A DNA stretch of 64,000 bases, from positions 33,542,001-33,606,000 of the forward strand of contig OZ024756.1 in assembly GCA_964016885.1 (NCBI GenBank), read 5' to 3'. The notes under the pieces are model-generated. The model was given only the letters and a program-made list of their open reading frames with translations. It searched no databases and was not told the DNA's origin. Origin of the DNA: Eledone cirrhosa. Lineage: Eukaryota. Shown here in pieces: positions 1 to 14,010 of this stretch (its first letter is position 1; every line of letters starts with the position of its first letter). The position numbers and the translations under genes were made by a program.

Positions 1-855
1 CGGTAAATATTTTGTTCAACATTCTGAATTCTTCTCAAGTCTGCTGATAAATGTTTCTCCTTTTACTAAGGCTATCTTTCATGTAATAATGAGATTTCTG
101 ACCATCCTATGAATACTTTCATAGACGTAGATTTGGGTGGGGGTTGTGCTAATAAAGTTAATACTTCCTTGGAAGTCACATATATCACGCTGTAAGATGT
201 AATATACTATCTTCATAAATATAAGCATTTTGTTGCTATAGACATGTAAAATGGCGGCTGGTAAACCAGTGCCCTTTTGGATCAGACACTAGAGAATATC
301 CTTTCATTTGATGTCATGCTAAACTACACAAATTTTAAAGCTGGTTAATACTCTGCAGCTGATTTATTTTAGAAATATACTAAATTCTTTCTATTAACAG
401 AAAACAGACATTTTCAAAATGAGGAAACGTTCATTTGTTTACACATTAATAACAGAATTAGTATTAAGAGCAACCTCAATCATCTCAATTAAGTCCATTA
501 ATAATAATGCAATTTAGAAAATCAATGCAATCGTACAAGTACACTAATCCAAAGTGAATGCCACCGTTTAATCCAATAACATTTAAGATTACGCAGTATT
601 TCATTTTTCAAACCATTGAAGCAAGTAAGACGTAAACACCTCTGCTTACATAAAGCTAATATGGCACGCACGCAAGCACGCACACACATGCCTACAGACA
701 CACAGATACACATAGAGGCATACGAACACATGCACAGACTATAACGTACGTTCACATTTGTATGAGCCTTTATTTTAACACTACAGTACAAAAGTAGAAG
801 CCTGGTATAGTTACAACATAAAAACACATACACACAAATATACACTTATACAAAT

Positions 856-915
<60 letters not shown>

Positions 916-1023
916 ATATGTGTGTTTGTGTGTCTGTGTGTTGGGGTCGTGACTCATTTCCTACACACACACACATACCCCCCCCCCATATATATATATA
1001 CATATGGGGGGGGGGCGTGTGTG

Positions 1024-1205
1024 TAGGAAAAGAGTCAGGACCCCGACGGCTGAGATCCGGCCGTTTCGACAGTTAGATCTGAACTGTTCGGATCTAGCTG
1101 TCGAAACGGCCGGAGCTCAGCCGTCGGGGTCCTGACTCTTTTCCTATTACCCACTCTACTACCCTAACTATCGACTACTCTGGTGCGTTATGGTCCACCT
1201 GGTTT
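1024..1205. repeat. Fold-back (palindromic) TA-embedded repeat family with unique tail
   Basis: 61-bp arms (1024-1084/1086-1146) around a 1-nt loop, then tail actctactacccta..tactctggtgcgttatggtcca. Related copies at ~16731-16880, 21046-21220, 29677-29930, 42836-42960, 44063-44270 and 44423-44565. Confidence 0.85.
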
Positions 1206-1211
1206 CTCTTT

Positions 1212-1320
<109 letters not shown>

Positions 1321-1482
1321 GAGGTTATATTTAATTTGCTGGGATTAAACAAGCATAAAAATGTTATAAATGATATAAAGCACTCAACAGTAGAGGAAGC
1401 TCCAACCGGATAGGAAGCTCCAACCGGTAAGGTTGTCTCTTCTTTCCGGGTATGTCAATATTTATTTATAAAACAAATCTGT

Positions 1483-1546
1483 ATTGTATCTGATGAAAGC
1501 GCACCATAATTTGCCTTGGTTGCACTGGAAATATGTATAATAAAAT
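1483..1546 (+). ncRNA. Hammerhead motif in a TA-flanked PLE-like fragment
   Basis: attgtat-CTGATGA-..gcacca..tggttgc..-GAAA-TATGTA-TA-ataaaat; one mismatch in stem I. Confidence 0.55.
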
Positions 1547-1585
1547 AAATATGGTTTTATAAATATAGTTTCCATTTATTAATAT

Positions 1586-1720
<135 letters not shown>

Positions 1721-1795
1721 ATATAAATATATATATATTTATATATATATATTTATATATATATATTTATATATATATATATATAAATATATATA

Positions 1796-1901
<106 letters not shown>

Positions 1902-2403
1902 TACGTATATATGTATGTATAGACAGATAGGTGAATCATGTGAATTACACCTCTCAAAACAAACTTCAAGCATTATAATCTCCCAGCAAAGAGTTACGTC
2001 CCTTTACGATCTGAGTTCAAATCCCACTTTCAGCAAATTGAATATTTGTAGTATTGCCGTGGTAATTACGAGGTTTCCGTTTGTGGATGAGGGACATCCA
2101 CTTTCATTTCGTTTATGTTGTGCTCTATCCTTGCGAAACACATGTCATACCCACATAGTCCACTGTATTCATTCAAATACACGTACACACACGCACACAC
2201 AGAGAATACATCTACACAGACAACCACACAACATAGACACACACACAATCTGAATTCGAATACCGCTGATGTTAGCTTTGCCTTTCATCCTTTCGTGGTC
2301 GATAAAATTAAGTACCAGTGACATACTGGGGTCGATTTAATCGAATTTCCCATTCCCCCAAATTGCTGACCTTTTGTTTATATAAGAAACCATTATTTCT
2401 TTG

Positions 2404-2590
2404 GTGGATTGGCAGTATCGGTAGAGGATCGGACGCCATGCTTTGACGCATAGAGTTACGGCCCTTGCCATTCTGAGCTCAAATCCCGCCGAGGTTAACT
2501 TTGGCTTTCATCCTTACGGGGTCGATAAAATAAAGTACCAGTAATACACTGGGATAATTGCTGGCCTTGTGCCAAAAGTAGAAACAATTA
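2404..2590 (+). mobile_element. Family-1 SINE
   Basis: Full head-body-tail. Other copies or fragments at ~6365-6550, 8174-8362, 8615-8930, 10008-10320, 12757-13095, 26410-26590, 36000-36095, 36360-36575, 38755-38965, 53408-53505 (16-bp TSD gaagagattcactaat), 55352-55460 and 61300-61476. Confidence 0.85.
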
Positions 2591-3129
2591 TTTCTTTATT
2601 AATAAATAATGTAAAAATTATATAGAATTCATTATATATTCTAGTTTTAAATATAGTAACGGGAGATAACTCCGGGCACATGTCGTTCATATCAGTTTTC
2701 GCCATATTTTTCAAAGTAGTGGTGATAAGAGTTGAGATTATAAATATTGCATGAAGTTTGCTTTTTTAATATTAGTGAAACAGAGATAAACGCTGCCCTG
2801 ATGATAAATATATTAACTGTTTAATTACTACACAGTTGTTCCAACAGTGGCTAACGATTATAATCGTTGTGTGTGCATAATTTATACTATAGTCGTGTTC
2901 GTGGAAATAAGCCAACAACTGAATGACTTCAGACAAAATATTCTTGTAGAAAATAAACATCAGTGATACAAACATCTGAAACACGTCGGCACTTGTAATC
3001 TTTCAGAATCTTCACCTAATTCATTACGAGCTCTACGTGTTACAGAATTAAGCCCCAGCAGTGTATATAATATATATATATATATATATATAATATAAGA
3101 TCAAAAGATGGTTAAAGGAGTTCAATATA

Positions 3130-3196
3130 TTTTATTATGCGCATTTCAAAAACAAACATCATCAAACAATAATATTTGTGTTTTCATCAGATAAAA
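3130..3196 (-). ncRNA. Hammerhead motif (inverted copy of 5058-5124)
   Basis: Reverse complement of the same pLTR segment. Confidence 0.72.
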
Positions 3197-4395
3197 CAGG
3201 AGAACATGATATGAAGGCTAAAAAAAACACTTGTTGATAGTGCAGTTTTAAATCAACATATGAAAAGTGGTTTTAGATTGATGTGTGATATTGGGAAAAA
3301 TATTTTATTTAGAGAGGGGGGGGGGAGAGAAAAGGATGAAAAGGGAAGGAGATGAGAGGGAGAGATGGGTGATAGAGAGAAAGAGATAGTTTTTATAACT
3401 GAGAGGAGATATATTTTATATAGAGGGGTTGAAAACCGTTGGAAGATACTGTATAAATTAAAAATTTTGAAAATTAACGAAGGGAGGATATGTGCGAGGA
3501 AAAAATATATTATATTTAGGGAGGGGGGGGTGGAAAGGATGAAAAAAAGGGGAGGAGATGAGAGTGAAGGTGGAAAGGGAGAGATGGGTGATAGAGAGAA
3601 AGAGATAGTTTTTATAACTGAGAAAAAGATATAATGTTTTAATATAGAGAGGTTGGGAACCGTTGGAAGATAATGTATAAATTAAAGGAATTTGAAAATT
3701 AACGAAGGGAAATTATGTATGAAGATAGAGAGAAAAAAATAATAATTGTGGGTGAATATTCTAACGTCAAAAGAAGAAATGTAGGAATTTTAAAATTAGC
3801 AAAGAGAAAAAGTTTGTGTAGAAGGATTTGAGAAAAATAATGTGAAGTTAAAGTTTGTATATTGAATTCATATGTATTAATAATGAGTTCGTTGATGGGG
3901 AGAAAAAAATAATAATAAATTAAGGATGAAATTGAGATTAAAAAGATTTATGATAGAGAGAAAAAATAATAATGATTGCGGATGAATACTCAAAATGTCA
4001 AAAACAAATGTTATTGTTTTACGAGGAGATAGAATGAGGGTAATGAGTAAACGAGTATTATAGAGTGTATAATGCCCTTTAAAGTAAGGTAGATGGGTAT
4101 ATTTTAAAGAATATATGAGTATATATTAAAAAAAATATATAATAATAAATTAAGGATGAAATTGAGATTAAAAAGATTTATGATAGAGAGAAAAAATAAT
4201 AATGATTGCGGATGAATATTCAAAATGTCAAAAACAAATGTTATTGTTTTACGAGAAGATAGAATGAGGGTAATGAGTAAACGAGTATTATAGAGTGTAT
4301 AATGCCCTTTAAAGTAAGGTAGATGGGTATATTTTAAAGAGGTGTATGTATATGTGCCTTTGAGAAAAGATTCTAAATTGATAAAGAATTGAATA

Positions 4396-4860
4396 TTAAC
4401 TGTATACTTTGTGAAAAGTTCTATGGAATTTATGCAGGCAGATAGAAAACAAATCCGAGCGTCTATTTATTATGGATTCTAGATTAGAGATAATGGTAAA
4501 TTTTTCATTTAGGCAGAGATTACAGATTTTAGATAGAGAGCTGTTCAAGTACGAGGATGCAGAAGAAATCTTTTTCCAAAAGATGTTATATTTAATGTTT
4601 TTGTCTTTTAAGGACCATATGAGTTCTGAGAGAGCAGTGTTAGTTCTTTTAAGTTTGTATTTGAAAGATGAATGATGATTATAGAGACGAGCTTTAAAAG
4701 AGGTGGAAGTGGAGCCAAAATAGGTGAAGGAATTGGTGCTAGTTATAATTTTACATTCATAAATTAAGTTTTTATCGAGGCAATGGTTGTTGAGAGGACA
4801 TTTATTTTTAATGCGGCAGTTGCAATTAGAGAGATTATTAATGAGTGATCTAGTGTTGAT
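4396..4860 (-). pseudogene. C-terminal GIY-YIG endonuclease of a PLE (5'-truncated, frame still open)
   Basis: Manual translation NNLSNCNCRIKNKCPLNNHCLDKNLIYECKIITSTNSFTYFGSTSTSFKARLYNHHSSFKYKLKRTNTALSELIWSLKDKNIKYNIFWKKISSASSYLNSSLSKICNLCLNEKFTIISNLESIINRRSDLFSICLHKFHRTFHKVYS*. No start codon, so absent from the ORF track. Motif pattern resembles C-terminal-EN PLEs (Hydra-type assignment tentative). Confidence 0.85.
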
Positions 4861-5057
4861 AACACTAGATCACTCATTAATAATCTCTCCCTCTCATCTC
4901 CTTCCCTTTTCATCCTTTTCTCTCCCCCCCCCCCCCCCTCTCTAAATAAAATATTTTTCCCAATATCACACATCAATCTAAAACCACTTTTCATATGTTG
5001 ATTTAAAACTGCACTATCAACAAGTGTTTTTTTTAGCCTTCATATCATGTTCTCCTG

Positions 5058-5124
5058 TTTTATCTGATGAAAACACAAATATTATTGTTTGATGATGTTT
5101 GTTTTTGAAATGCGCATAATAAAA
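5058..5124 (+). ncRNA. Minimal type I hammerhead ribozyme motif
   Basis: ttttat-CTGATGA-36 nt stem II region-GAAA-TGCGCA (palindrome)-TA-ataaaa; stem I ttttat/ataaaa pairs fully. Confidence 0.75.
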
Positions 5125-5247
5125 TATATTGAACTCCTTTAACCATCTTTTGATCTTATATTATGCATACTCCAGTCCCACAAACTGTAGAGTGCTTCTT
5201 ATCCGATATCTGCATTGCTTTATTGTACTACAATAAAACTCACCTCC

Positions 5248-5298
<51 letters not shown>

Positions 5299-5355
5299 TG
5301 ATTTAAAACTGCACTATTCACAAGTGTGTTTTAACCTTCATATCATGTCTCCCTA

Positions 5356-5422
5356 TTTTATCTGACGAAAACGCAAATGTTATTGCATGATGATTTTCGT
5401 TTTTGAAATGCGCATAATAAAA
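5356..5422 (+). ncRNA. Hammerhead motif (diverged third pLTR copy)
   Basis: ttttat-CTGACGA-aaacg..cgtttt-t-GAAA-TGCGCA-TA-ataaaa; differs from the first copy at the variable N of CUGANGA. Confidence 0.72.
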
Positions 5423-5613
5423 TACATGGAACTCTTTTAACCATCTTTTGATCTTATATATTATTATTTATACTCCAGTCCTACAAACTGTAGAGTGCTA
5501 CTTATCCGATATCTGCATTGCTTTATTGTACTACAATTAAACTCACCTCCTACATATATATATATATTTATTAAAATAACGGATTAAAGTTTAAGAAAAG
5601 AATCGCTATATAT

Positions 5614-5744
<131 letters not shown>

Positions 5745-5756
5745 ACATGATAATAG

Positions 5757-5800
5757 TACCACTGATGATGTTGCAGATGTGCAATGAAAGAACTTTGGAG
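5757..5800 (+). ncRNA. Hammerhead core motif
   Basis: CTGATGA-t-gttgca-gatg-tgcaat-GAAA; same repeat family as 22072-22350 and 56644-56870; stems I/III degenerate. Confidence 0.5.
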
Positions 5801-6963
5801 ATATAAAAAACAAAGAACCGAAAACCAACCAAACAGTGAGTGTGTTCTATTATTATTTCTGGCAATATTATTACAATATGACCCTCCCCAAGTTTAACAA
5901 TATATATATATATGCATGTATCGATACGTAACTTCTGATGGTGTTGTAGGGGCGCAGTAATGACATACGATGTTTCTTAGTCCATCCACACTCCATGTCT
6001 GAACGCAAACAATTTATCCCAGAGAAGGAAAAAGAAAGATAAATAGAGCATAAATCGATCCCAGTAATGGACCTGTACTTTTTTATCGACCTCGAAAAGT
6101 CGAAAGTCAAAGTAAACCTCGATGTGATTTGGAATCAGTGCGCAGAGAGCCCGGAGGCACACGATTTTATCTCATATTTTATGACTCTGCCAAACCACCA
6201 CCTATAACAGCTTAGTATGAGTTAGGCCCGATACCAGTGAATTTCAGGGTAGGGTAAATTTGATGAAATCAATCCCAGTACTTAACTTATAGATTATTTT
6301 ATCGACCCGAAAAACATAAATCGCAAAATTGACATCTATTGGATTTGAACTCGCAATGTAAATAACTGTTTCTACTTTTAGCACAAGGCCAGCAATTATC
6401 CCAGTGTATTACTGGTACTTTATTTTATCGACCCCATAAGGATGAGGGTAAAGTTAACCTCGGCAGGATTTGAACTCAAGCCGTAAAGGTACGTAACTCT
6501 ATGCTGCAAAGCATCGCGTCCGACTCTCTACTGATACGGCCAATCCATCGCATTGTAAATAACGCAACCTTATTTCACCTAACGTTATACTAGATTTACC
6601 AATCCATCACCGTTAAAAGATCAAAGACAAAATTGACCAAGGCGTGATTTGAATTCAGAGCGTAAAGAATTTGGACGAATAATACAAAGCATTCCATTCG
6701 TCATTCTAAAGATTGTGATTACGCCATCTATATATATATAAATGTGTGGTCCCGTAACTACTGAGAGTGGCGTAGGGGTAACATGTTTTAAATAGTTTGG
6801 AATTGGTTGAGATAGAACAAATATTTTTGGAGTGTATCATGTCATCATGTTGCATTAGTTTTCATGAAATAAGAAACTAGGAAACCTGAATATAGATAGA
6901 GCAGCTGAGATCAATGTTTTATGCTTGTGTAGGCGTCCTTATATATATATATATATATACATA

Positions 6964-6999
<36 letters not shown>

Positions 7000-7527
7000 C
7001 GTATGTGTGTGTGATAGGGAGAGAATGAAAGAAGAAGAGAGAGAGTGTGATAGAAAGAGAGGAGCAGAGAAAGAGAGAGGAGCGAGAAAAAGAGAAAAAG
7101 AGAAAAAGAGAAAAAAGAGAAAAAGAGAAAAAGAGAAAAACGTATGTGAATGTTATTTCTTATTACTAATAAGGTTTCTTTTGCTGGAAGTGAAGCCATT
7201 TATCGTAATTTGCACGAAAGTGAAAATAGACCTAGTAATGAATGTTGATGTTGGAATTTGAACAAACGCAAACATAAAATCCCTACAAGTATTAGATTTA
7301 AACGTTAACCCTATTTCATATGAAATTAAATAAACGAAATAAATCATTTATAAAGTAGATAGGAGAATGTTACCCAACGTGATTGTTATGCATTATTTCA
7401 GCCAATTTAGGGGAAATCGCGATAGTGCAATGTTGGAAATAAAGTGAAAATGATAAGGAATCCGACAATTGTGTGCCATGTATTACACGATGCTGGCAGT
7501 TTGATAGGGCTTAATAAAACTATAATC

Positions 7528-8082
7528 GTACAAACGTATATCACCAATGAGATACGTTATTGATCCCTATTTGGAGAATTTTAACCGTATATTTATTCAC
7601 TAAGTGAATCCAGTGACCCTTGTTAACCAAAATCATATGCAAACGTACTGACCTCACTAATGAAATCCTTTACATGTGTATGTTTATATATACAATTCTA
7701 ACCATATATTTATACACTAGAGGAATTTGGTGATCAGGTACAAACGTGTATCACTAATGAAATACGTAACAAATATATGTTTATATATACAATTCTAACC
7801 ATATATTTATACACTAGAGGAATTGGGTGATCAGGTACAAATGTGTATCACTAATGAAATATATTACATATATATGCTTATATATACAATCCTAACCATA
7901 TATTTATACACTAGGTGGCCTTTGTGATCATGTACAAACGTGTATCACTAATGAAATATGTTACATATATATGTTTATGTATAAAAGTTTAACCATATGT
8001 GTATTCACAGGGTAAATTTAGTGATTATATACAAAGGTATGTCACGAATCAGATATGTTACGTACGTATGTTTATGTATAAA
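7528..8082. repeat. Minisatellite, 97-bp unit, about 5-6 copies
   Basis: gtacaaacgtgtatcactaatgaaat recurs at 7738, 7835, 7932 and (diverged) 8029. Confidence 0.85.
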
Positions 8083-8365
8083 ATGCCACAAAGCATTTTA
8101 TACAATGCCCTAGCAATTCTGATAATCTATCACTCTAATGAATCTGCCAATTCTCAGGACTTGATGATAAAAATTGTTTCTACTTTTGCCACAAGGCCAG
8201 CAATTATCCCAGTGCATTACTGGTATTTATGTTATCGACCCTCGTAAGGATGAAAGGCAAAGTTAACCTCGGCGGGATTTGAACTCAGACCTTAAAGCGA
8301 CGTAACTCTATGATGGAAAGCGTGGCGTCCGACCCTCTGACGATTCTGCGAATCCAACGCCCTTG

Positions 8366-8418
<53 letters not shown>

Positions 8419-8481
8419 TGTTTCTACTTTAAGCACAAGGCCAGCAATTAAACAGTGCATTACTGGTAAATAATAATAATA

Positions 8482-8532
<51 letters not shown>

Positions 8533-9034
8533 TCTCTATTAACTACAAGGGTTTACATAAAGTAGACATTAAGGACAGTGCAGGACAATGCAGGACAATA
8601 ATAATAATAATAATGGTTTCTGATTTCAGCACAAGGCCAGCAATTTTGGAGGAGGAGAAATCGATTAAATCTAAACCAGTATGTTACTGGTACTTTATTT
8701 TATCGATCTCGTAAGGATGAAAGGCAGAGCTAAACTCGGTGGGATTTGAACTCAGAACCTAAATCCCCATAATTCTATGTCACAAAGCAGGATATCCGAC
8801 GCCCTGCCGATACTGCCAAACCATAATAATAATAATAATGGTTGCTGATTTAGGAACAAGGCCAGCAATTCCTGGGGAGGGGAAAGTCTACCGCAGTTAA
8901 TTACTGGTACTTTATTTTATCGACCGCGCATGGTAAGGAGTATAATAGAATGATGATGATGCTAAAAATGATGAAGAATATTATGGTGATTGTAATATCA
9001 TTATTTATCATTTATCGGGTGATTCTAGTACCAA

Positions 9035-9100
<66 letters not shown>

Positions 9101-9280
9101 GGGGGGGGGGGGGAGAAATGACCACATATGGTTTTGGCATTTTAAGTTAGAATTCTTCTATCCTTATTCAATCACACACACACATACATATATACAGTAT
9201 ATATATACATGTCTGTGTTTGTGTGAGTGTGTATGTGTGGGTATGAACATATATATGAATGGGTATATGTATACGTATGT

Positions 9281-9333
<53 letters not shown>

Positions 9334-9491
9334 ATTCTTGTTTTCAAATGTTTAAAGAACTTACAAATACATATCAATCATTTTAAAGAAACCCTACAAA
9401 ATATTAAAACGCAGATTTGCTTTCTTCTGACATAATAATCCTCCTTAGCAAATATCGATTTATGAGACCGGAAGAAATCGCAGTCACTTTA

Positions 9492-9538
<47 letters not shown>

Positions 9539-9838
9539 CGTTTCGGAATTTGTTTAGCAAGATTCTTTATCTGAAATCGTGTGTTGAAACCGATATTGTT
9601 ATACTTTGGGAGGGTCATGTTGCCAATAAGAAACACACGCACCAGTTGCTTTCACTTCAATTTATTATATATTTATAAATTTCTGGTTGGTTGGTTGGTT
9701 CCACAACCAGATAGTTGTTTATATATAGTCATAGTTCCCCCGCCACACACTCTGTGACCTCTTCAGTGACCGGGGACCCCCTTCCCCGTCTCTGTGCCCC
9801 TCCCCTGTTCTGTCCCACGCCATTCTGCCTCTGTGCGC

Positions 9839-9873
<35 letters not shown>

Positions 9874-10705
9874 CATATATATGTATATATATATATACAT
9901 ATATATGTATATATATATATATAGTTTAAAGATTGCATCACCCAGGTACTGTAGGTTCACAAAAGTGAGCACGCGATGCGTGGTTTCCAGTAGGTCTATT
10001 GGTGTTGTAAGGATGAAAGGCAAAGTTAACCTCGGGATTTGAACTCAGAACGAAAAGGGCCATAACTCTATGCTGTAATGCATGGTGTCAGACGCTCTAC
10101 CGATAATTCCAATTCACCGCCCTAACAATAATGCGTTTCTACTTTGGCACAAGGCCAGCAATTACCCTAGTGCATTAGTGTTGCTTTATTTTATCGACCA
10201 CGTAAGGATGAAATGCAAAGTTAAACTCGGCCGGATTTGGACTCAGACCTTATAGGGTCGCAAATATATGCTACAAAGCATGGTGTCTGACACTCTACTG
10301 ATTCTGCCAATCGACCACCCTATATTAGTAATAACAACAAAAGCAGTAACATTCATAGAACTGATTCCTGCAAGTTTAATTTACTCTCAATTGTACGCGT
10401 TATCTCAAGTAAAGTATATTTCTAAATAAACTTTCATATTTCAGATTCATAAAATTTTTTCTGTGGTTATTTGGTTGACCCTTCAGCGATAAAACACAAT
10501 TTAGACCCTCAGATATTTTGAACTCCAATCTCCGAATATAAAGCGATTTATGTAAACATTGCAAAGCATCTCAACGGCTCTTGGCTGTTTAAATATTGAT
10601 TTTCTAGATATATCCGATAATAAATAATATGTATACACACAGATACGTAATCACACAGACACACACACACAAACATACACACAGACACACAAACACACAT
10701 ATGTT

Positions 10706-10738
<33 letters not shown>

Positions 10739-10816
10739 ATGTGTGTGTGTGTGTATACCTGTGTATGTATATCCGACATAAAACAGATACTCCTATTTCC
10801 CCGCGTGTATATATGT

Positions 10817-10908
<92 letters not shown>

Positions 10909-13096
10909 GTATGTATATTTATCTACATACGTGCCCATATATAAACACACAAATGAACGCATATATGTATGTATATATACATATATATGATTGATAAAGC
11001 TTTGTCCTCACCTCTGAATATATTATAAATGTTAATGGCGTAGATGCGACGAGTTGTTTCCATGTGAATGGTCTTGTCTTGGAGATTTGAATGCCCAGCA
11101 CGTCATCGCAAGAGGACCATGTGATTTGTCTATGTTTGTATATATTATATATAAAAGAGGGATGTAGCATACGTATGTATCTAACATATTAGGGGGGAAT
11201 GAAACAGTGACTGTTCGACTGAGCCGAATATATTGTTCGTTGGCAGATTATGTCATGTTAAATCTTCGCTGAATTAATCTTAGAAGACGAGGCAAATGCG
11301 CAGTCGTTCGTATTTGACTATACTTGTCAACAAATGATGCCATTACGAGCAGTAATAATTCCATATCTACACGATATGAATTCAAGACTATACTTCAAAC
11401 GATATTTTCCTGTGTTAGGTCAAGACAACTTAATGAAATCCATGGTGGTTTCAACGACCAACGTAACTGACATGAAGATTATAACTTTCAGAAGTTAGAT
11501 TTCTTCTAATGGAGAAGAATCCTTCAATTGTTAAATAATCATTATTTACCGAATCGGAAATACAAAAAAAAAAGAAGAAAAAAAATGTTGATACTTAAGT
11601 GGGCGGAAATGGGATTGTCAGATGTTCATGAATTTTTTCAAGAACATTTTCGACATGAGTAGAGGTACCTTGCCAAAAATGAGATCAAATCCGTAGAGAG
11701 TCTCTTAGAATAGACAGATTGCCAAAGAAATTTTTATTTCTGTTGTTTGATCACAGGGAAACACTCATAGACAATTATTCCGACCGTGAGCGCCACGTCT
11801 ATATTTCAGACAATACATCTCTAATGATGTTACATATTGGATGTACATCTTTGATATTTTCATTTTATAAGGTGGGGGGTTATTTGAGAACTATAATTAA
11901 CTCTTTAAGTATTTACATAGAAACTATATTTCCTACTGATTTGTTTTATTTAGCACTGAATAAGCCATGCCTTAACCACATTAAACTAAAGGTGGTATGT
12001 TTTGAAGAAACTTTAACATTATTTTATGTCACTCACTCTTGTATTTGTAATTTGCATTGTACCACTTTCCCCTATGAAAACACAGTTAAGCACATATCTC
12101 ACAAAGCTTCACAGGAAATAATGAAATTATCGTTTACAATACAGCCAGCCTACAGGAAATTATCACCCTAAATTATGAATATACTATTTCTAATCTAAAT
12201 AGACTGGAGCGAATTTAGAACTGGAAAATATGTAATTAGAATAGTAGAGGAACATGATATCATATTGCTTTGGAACGATAAGCAGTATTCAATATTTGTT
12301 CGTAAATTATTACCAAGCAATCTACAGACAAGCATTCTACAACGAGAATGTATATAACTTTGTGAAAACCCCTCGAGTTATTATTACTCTAACACAAACT
12401 GAACAAAAATATTCAACACTAGAAATATAGTAAGATATAAGATTGCCAAGACAAAATAGAACGTTCGATCATTCTTCAGCTTGAACCATATATATATATA
12501 TAAACACACACGCGCAGACGCATACACCCACACACCCATCCACCCACACCCACACACACACACACACATACACACACACATAAAAACACACACACATTAA
12601 AACACACACATACACACACAAATAAACGAGCTGGCAGTAAACCCTCTACTTCCACAAATATACGCATTCGGCATTTTACCATGTATCGAGGACTTATTTG
12701 ATTGTGATCTTCCGTGTCACAGTACTGCTGACTATCAATATATATGTACATAAAGCGGTGGATTGACAGTATCGGTAGATGGTCGGACGCCATGCTTTGC
12801 AGCATAGAGTTACAGCCCTTTATGATTTAAGTTCAAATCCCACCGAGGTTAACTTTGCCTTTCGTCCTTACGGGGTCGATAAAATAAAGTACCCACATAG
12901 TCAACTGTATTCATTCCAATACACGTACACACACATAGAGAATACATCTACACATAAAAACACACAATATAGACACACACACACCGCCGACGTTAACTTT
13001 GCCTTTTATCCTTCCGGGGTCGATAAATAAAGTACCAGACACGCACTGGATCGATTTAATCGACTTTCCCTTCCGCCCAAATTGATGGCCTTGTGC

Positions 13097-13133
<37 letters not shown>

Positions 13134-13782
13134 GTTGTTAAGTACACATTCACACACTCAAACAGTCATACAAATATATACACACACACTCAAATATATA
13201 AATATATGTATGTATGCATGTATGTGTGTAGTTATATGTGTATATATATGTAGGTATGTATTTAAATACGTATATAGCGCGTTGGTGAGTACAGGCAATA
13301 TCCTGTTAGTGTAAGTCCGAGAAGTTAACAAATCGTTTTCTTTATTTCTAGCTAGAATTTAATGTCCTAATCATAAATTTAGTATTTATATTTCATACAC
13401 GAATCCATAATATATATTATATATTGCATCGAAGTAATTCAATCCTATATTTATGGGATTGAGTTTGTATGTATATTCCTTCTATACTTATTTGCAAAAG
13501 TAAAGGTATGTTTTATTTGTGTTCAGAATTAATATCACAGTCTCCCTGTGAAATGACATACCTAACCATTGAGCTACGGTGGCATTGATTGAATATTCAC
13601 CCATGTTAGACCCGAAATATATTTCACGTCACATTTGGCTAACCTGAAATCCACAAAAGTAAAGATTGTCTACCTTGTCGCTTCGATACCACTTCTGCAC
13701 TATCACGCTCCATATGCCAGACCACATACTTGCCTGCCCAATCTGGCCATCCTGTTTTATCTTTACCTTTTTTAAGCCATCC

Positions 13783-13822
13783 AGACTCTGATGAAGGATT
13801 AACGTCCGATACGTTGAGCTTT
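13783..13822 (+). ncRNA. Degenerate hammerhead motif
   Basis: CTGATGA-a-gga-ttaacg-tcc-GATA(mutated GAAA)-cgttgag; inside a TA-flanked fragment. Confidence 0.4.
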
Positions 13823-13957
13823 CACTTCTTTTTCCCCACAACCAAGAAAATAATCCGACGATGTGTATTTGTTCTCTATATTTGCCATTCTTCAGCTTGA
13901 ACTATATATACATGTACACCCACGCACACACAAATATATATATATATATATGCATAT

Positions 13958-14004
<47 letters not shown>

Positions 14005-14010
<6 letters not shown>

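Larger units (their letters stand above)
3092..5552 (-). mobile_element. 5'-truncated Penelope-like element with inverted and tandem pseudo-LTR copies
   Basis: About 275-bp near-perfect inverted repeat (3092-3367 vs 4882-5163) and a third, diverged pLTR copy (5294-5552). Contains a GIY-YIG relic, hammerhead motifs and (TA)n flanks; internal ~230-bp duplication 3904-4110/4132-4340. Confidence 0.88.

Noticed and set aside
7528-8082. Regularly spaced repeats as a possible CRISPR array
   Set aside because: The whole 97-bp unit repeats with no unique spacers; no cas genes; eukaryotic context.
11719-12171. 150-aa ORF
   Set aside because: TTG start, AT-rich composition, no motif or splice support.
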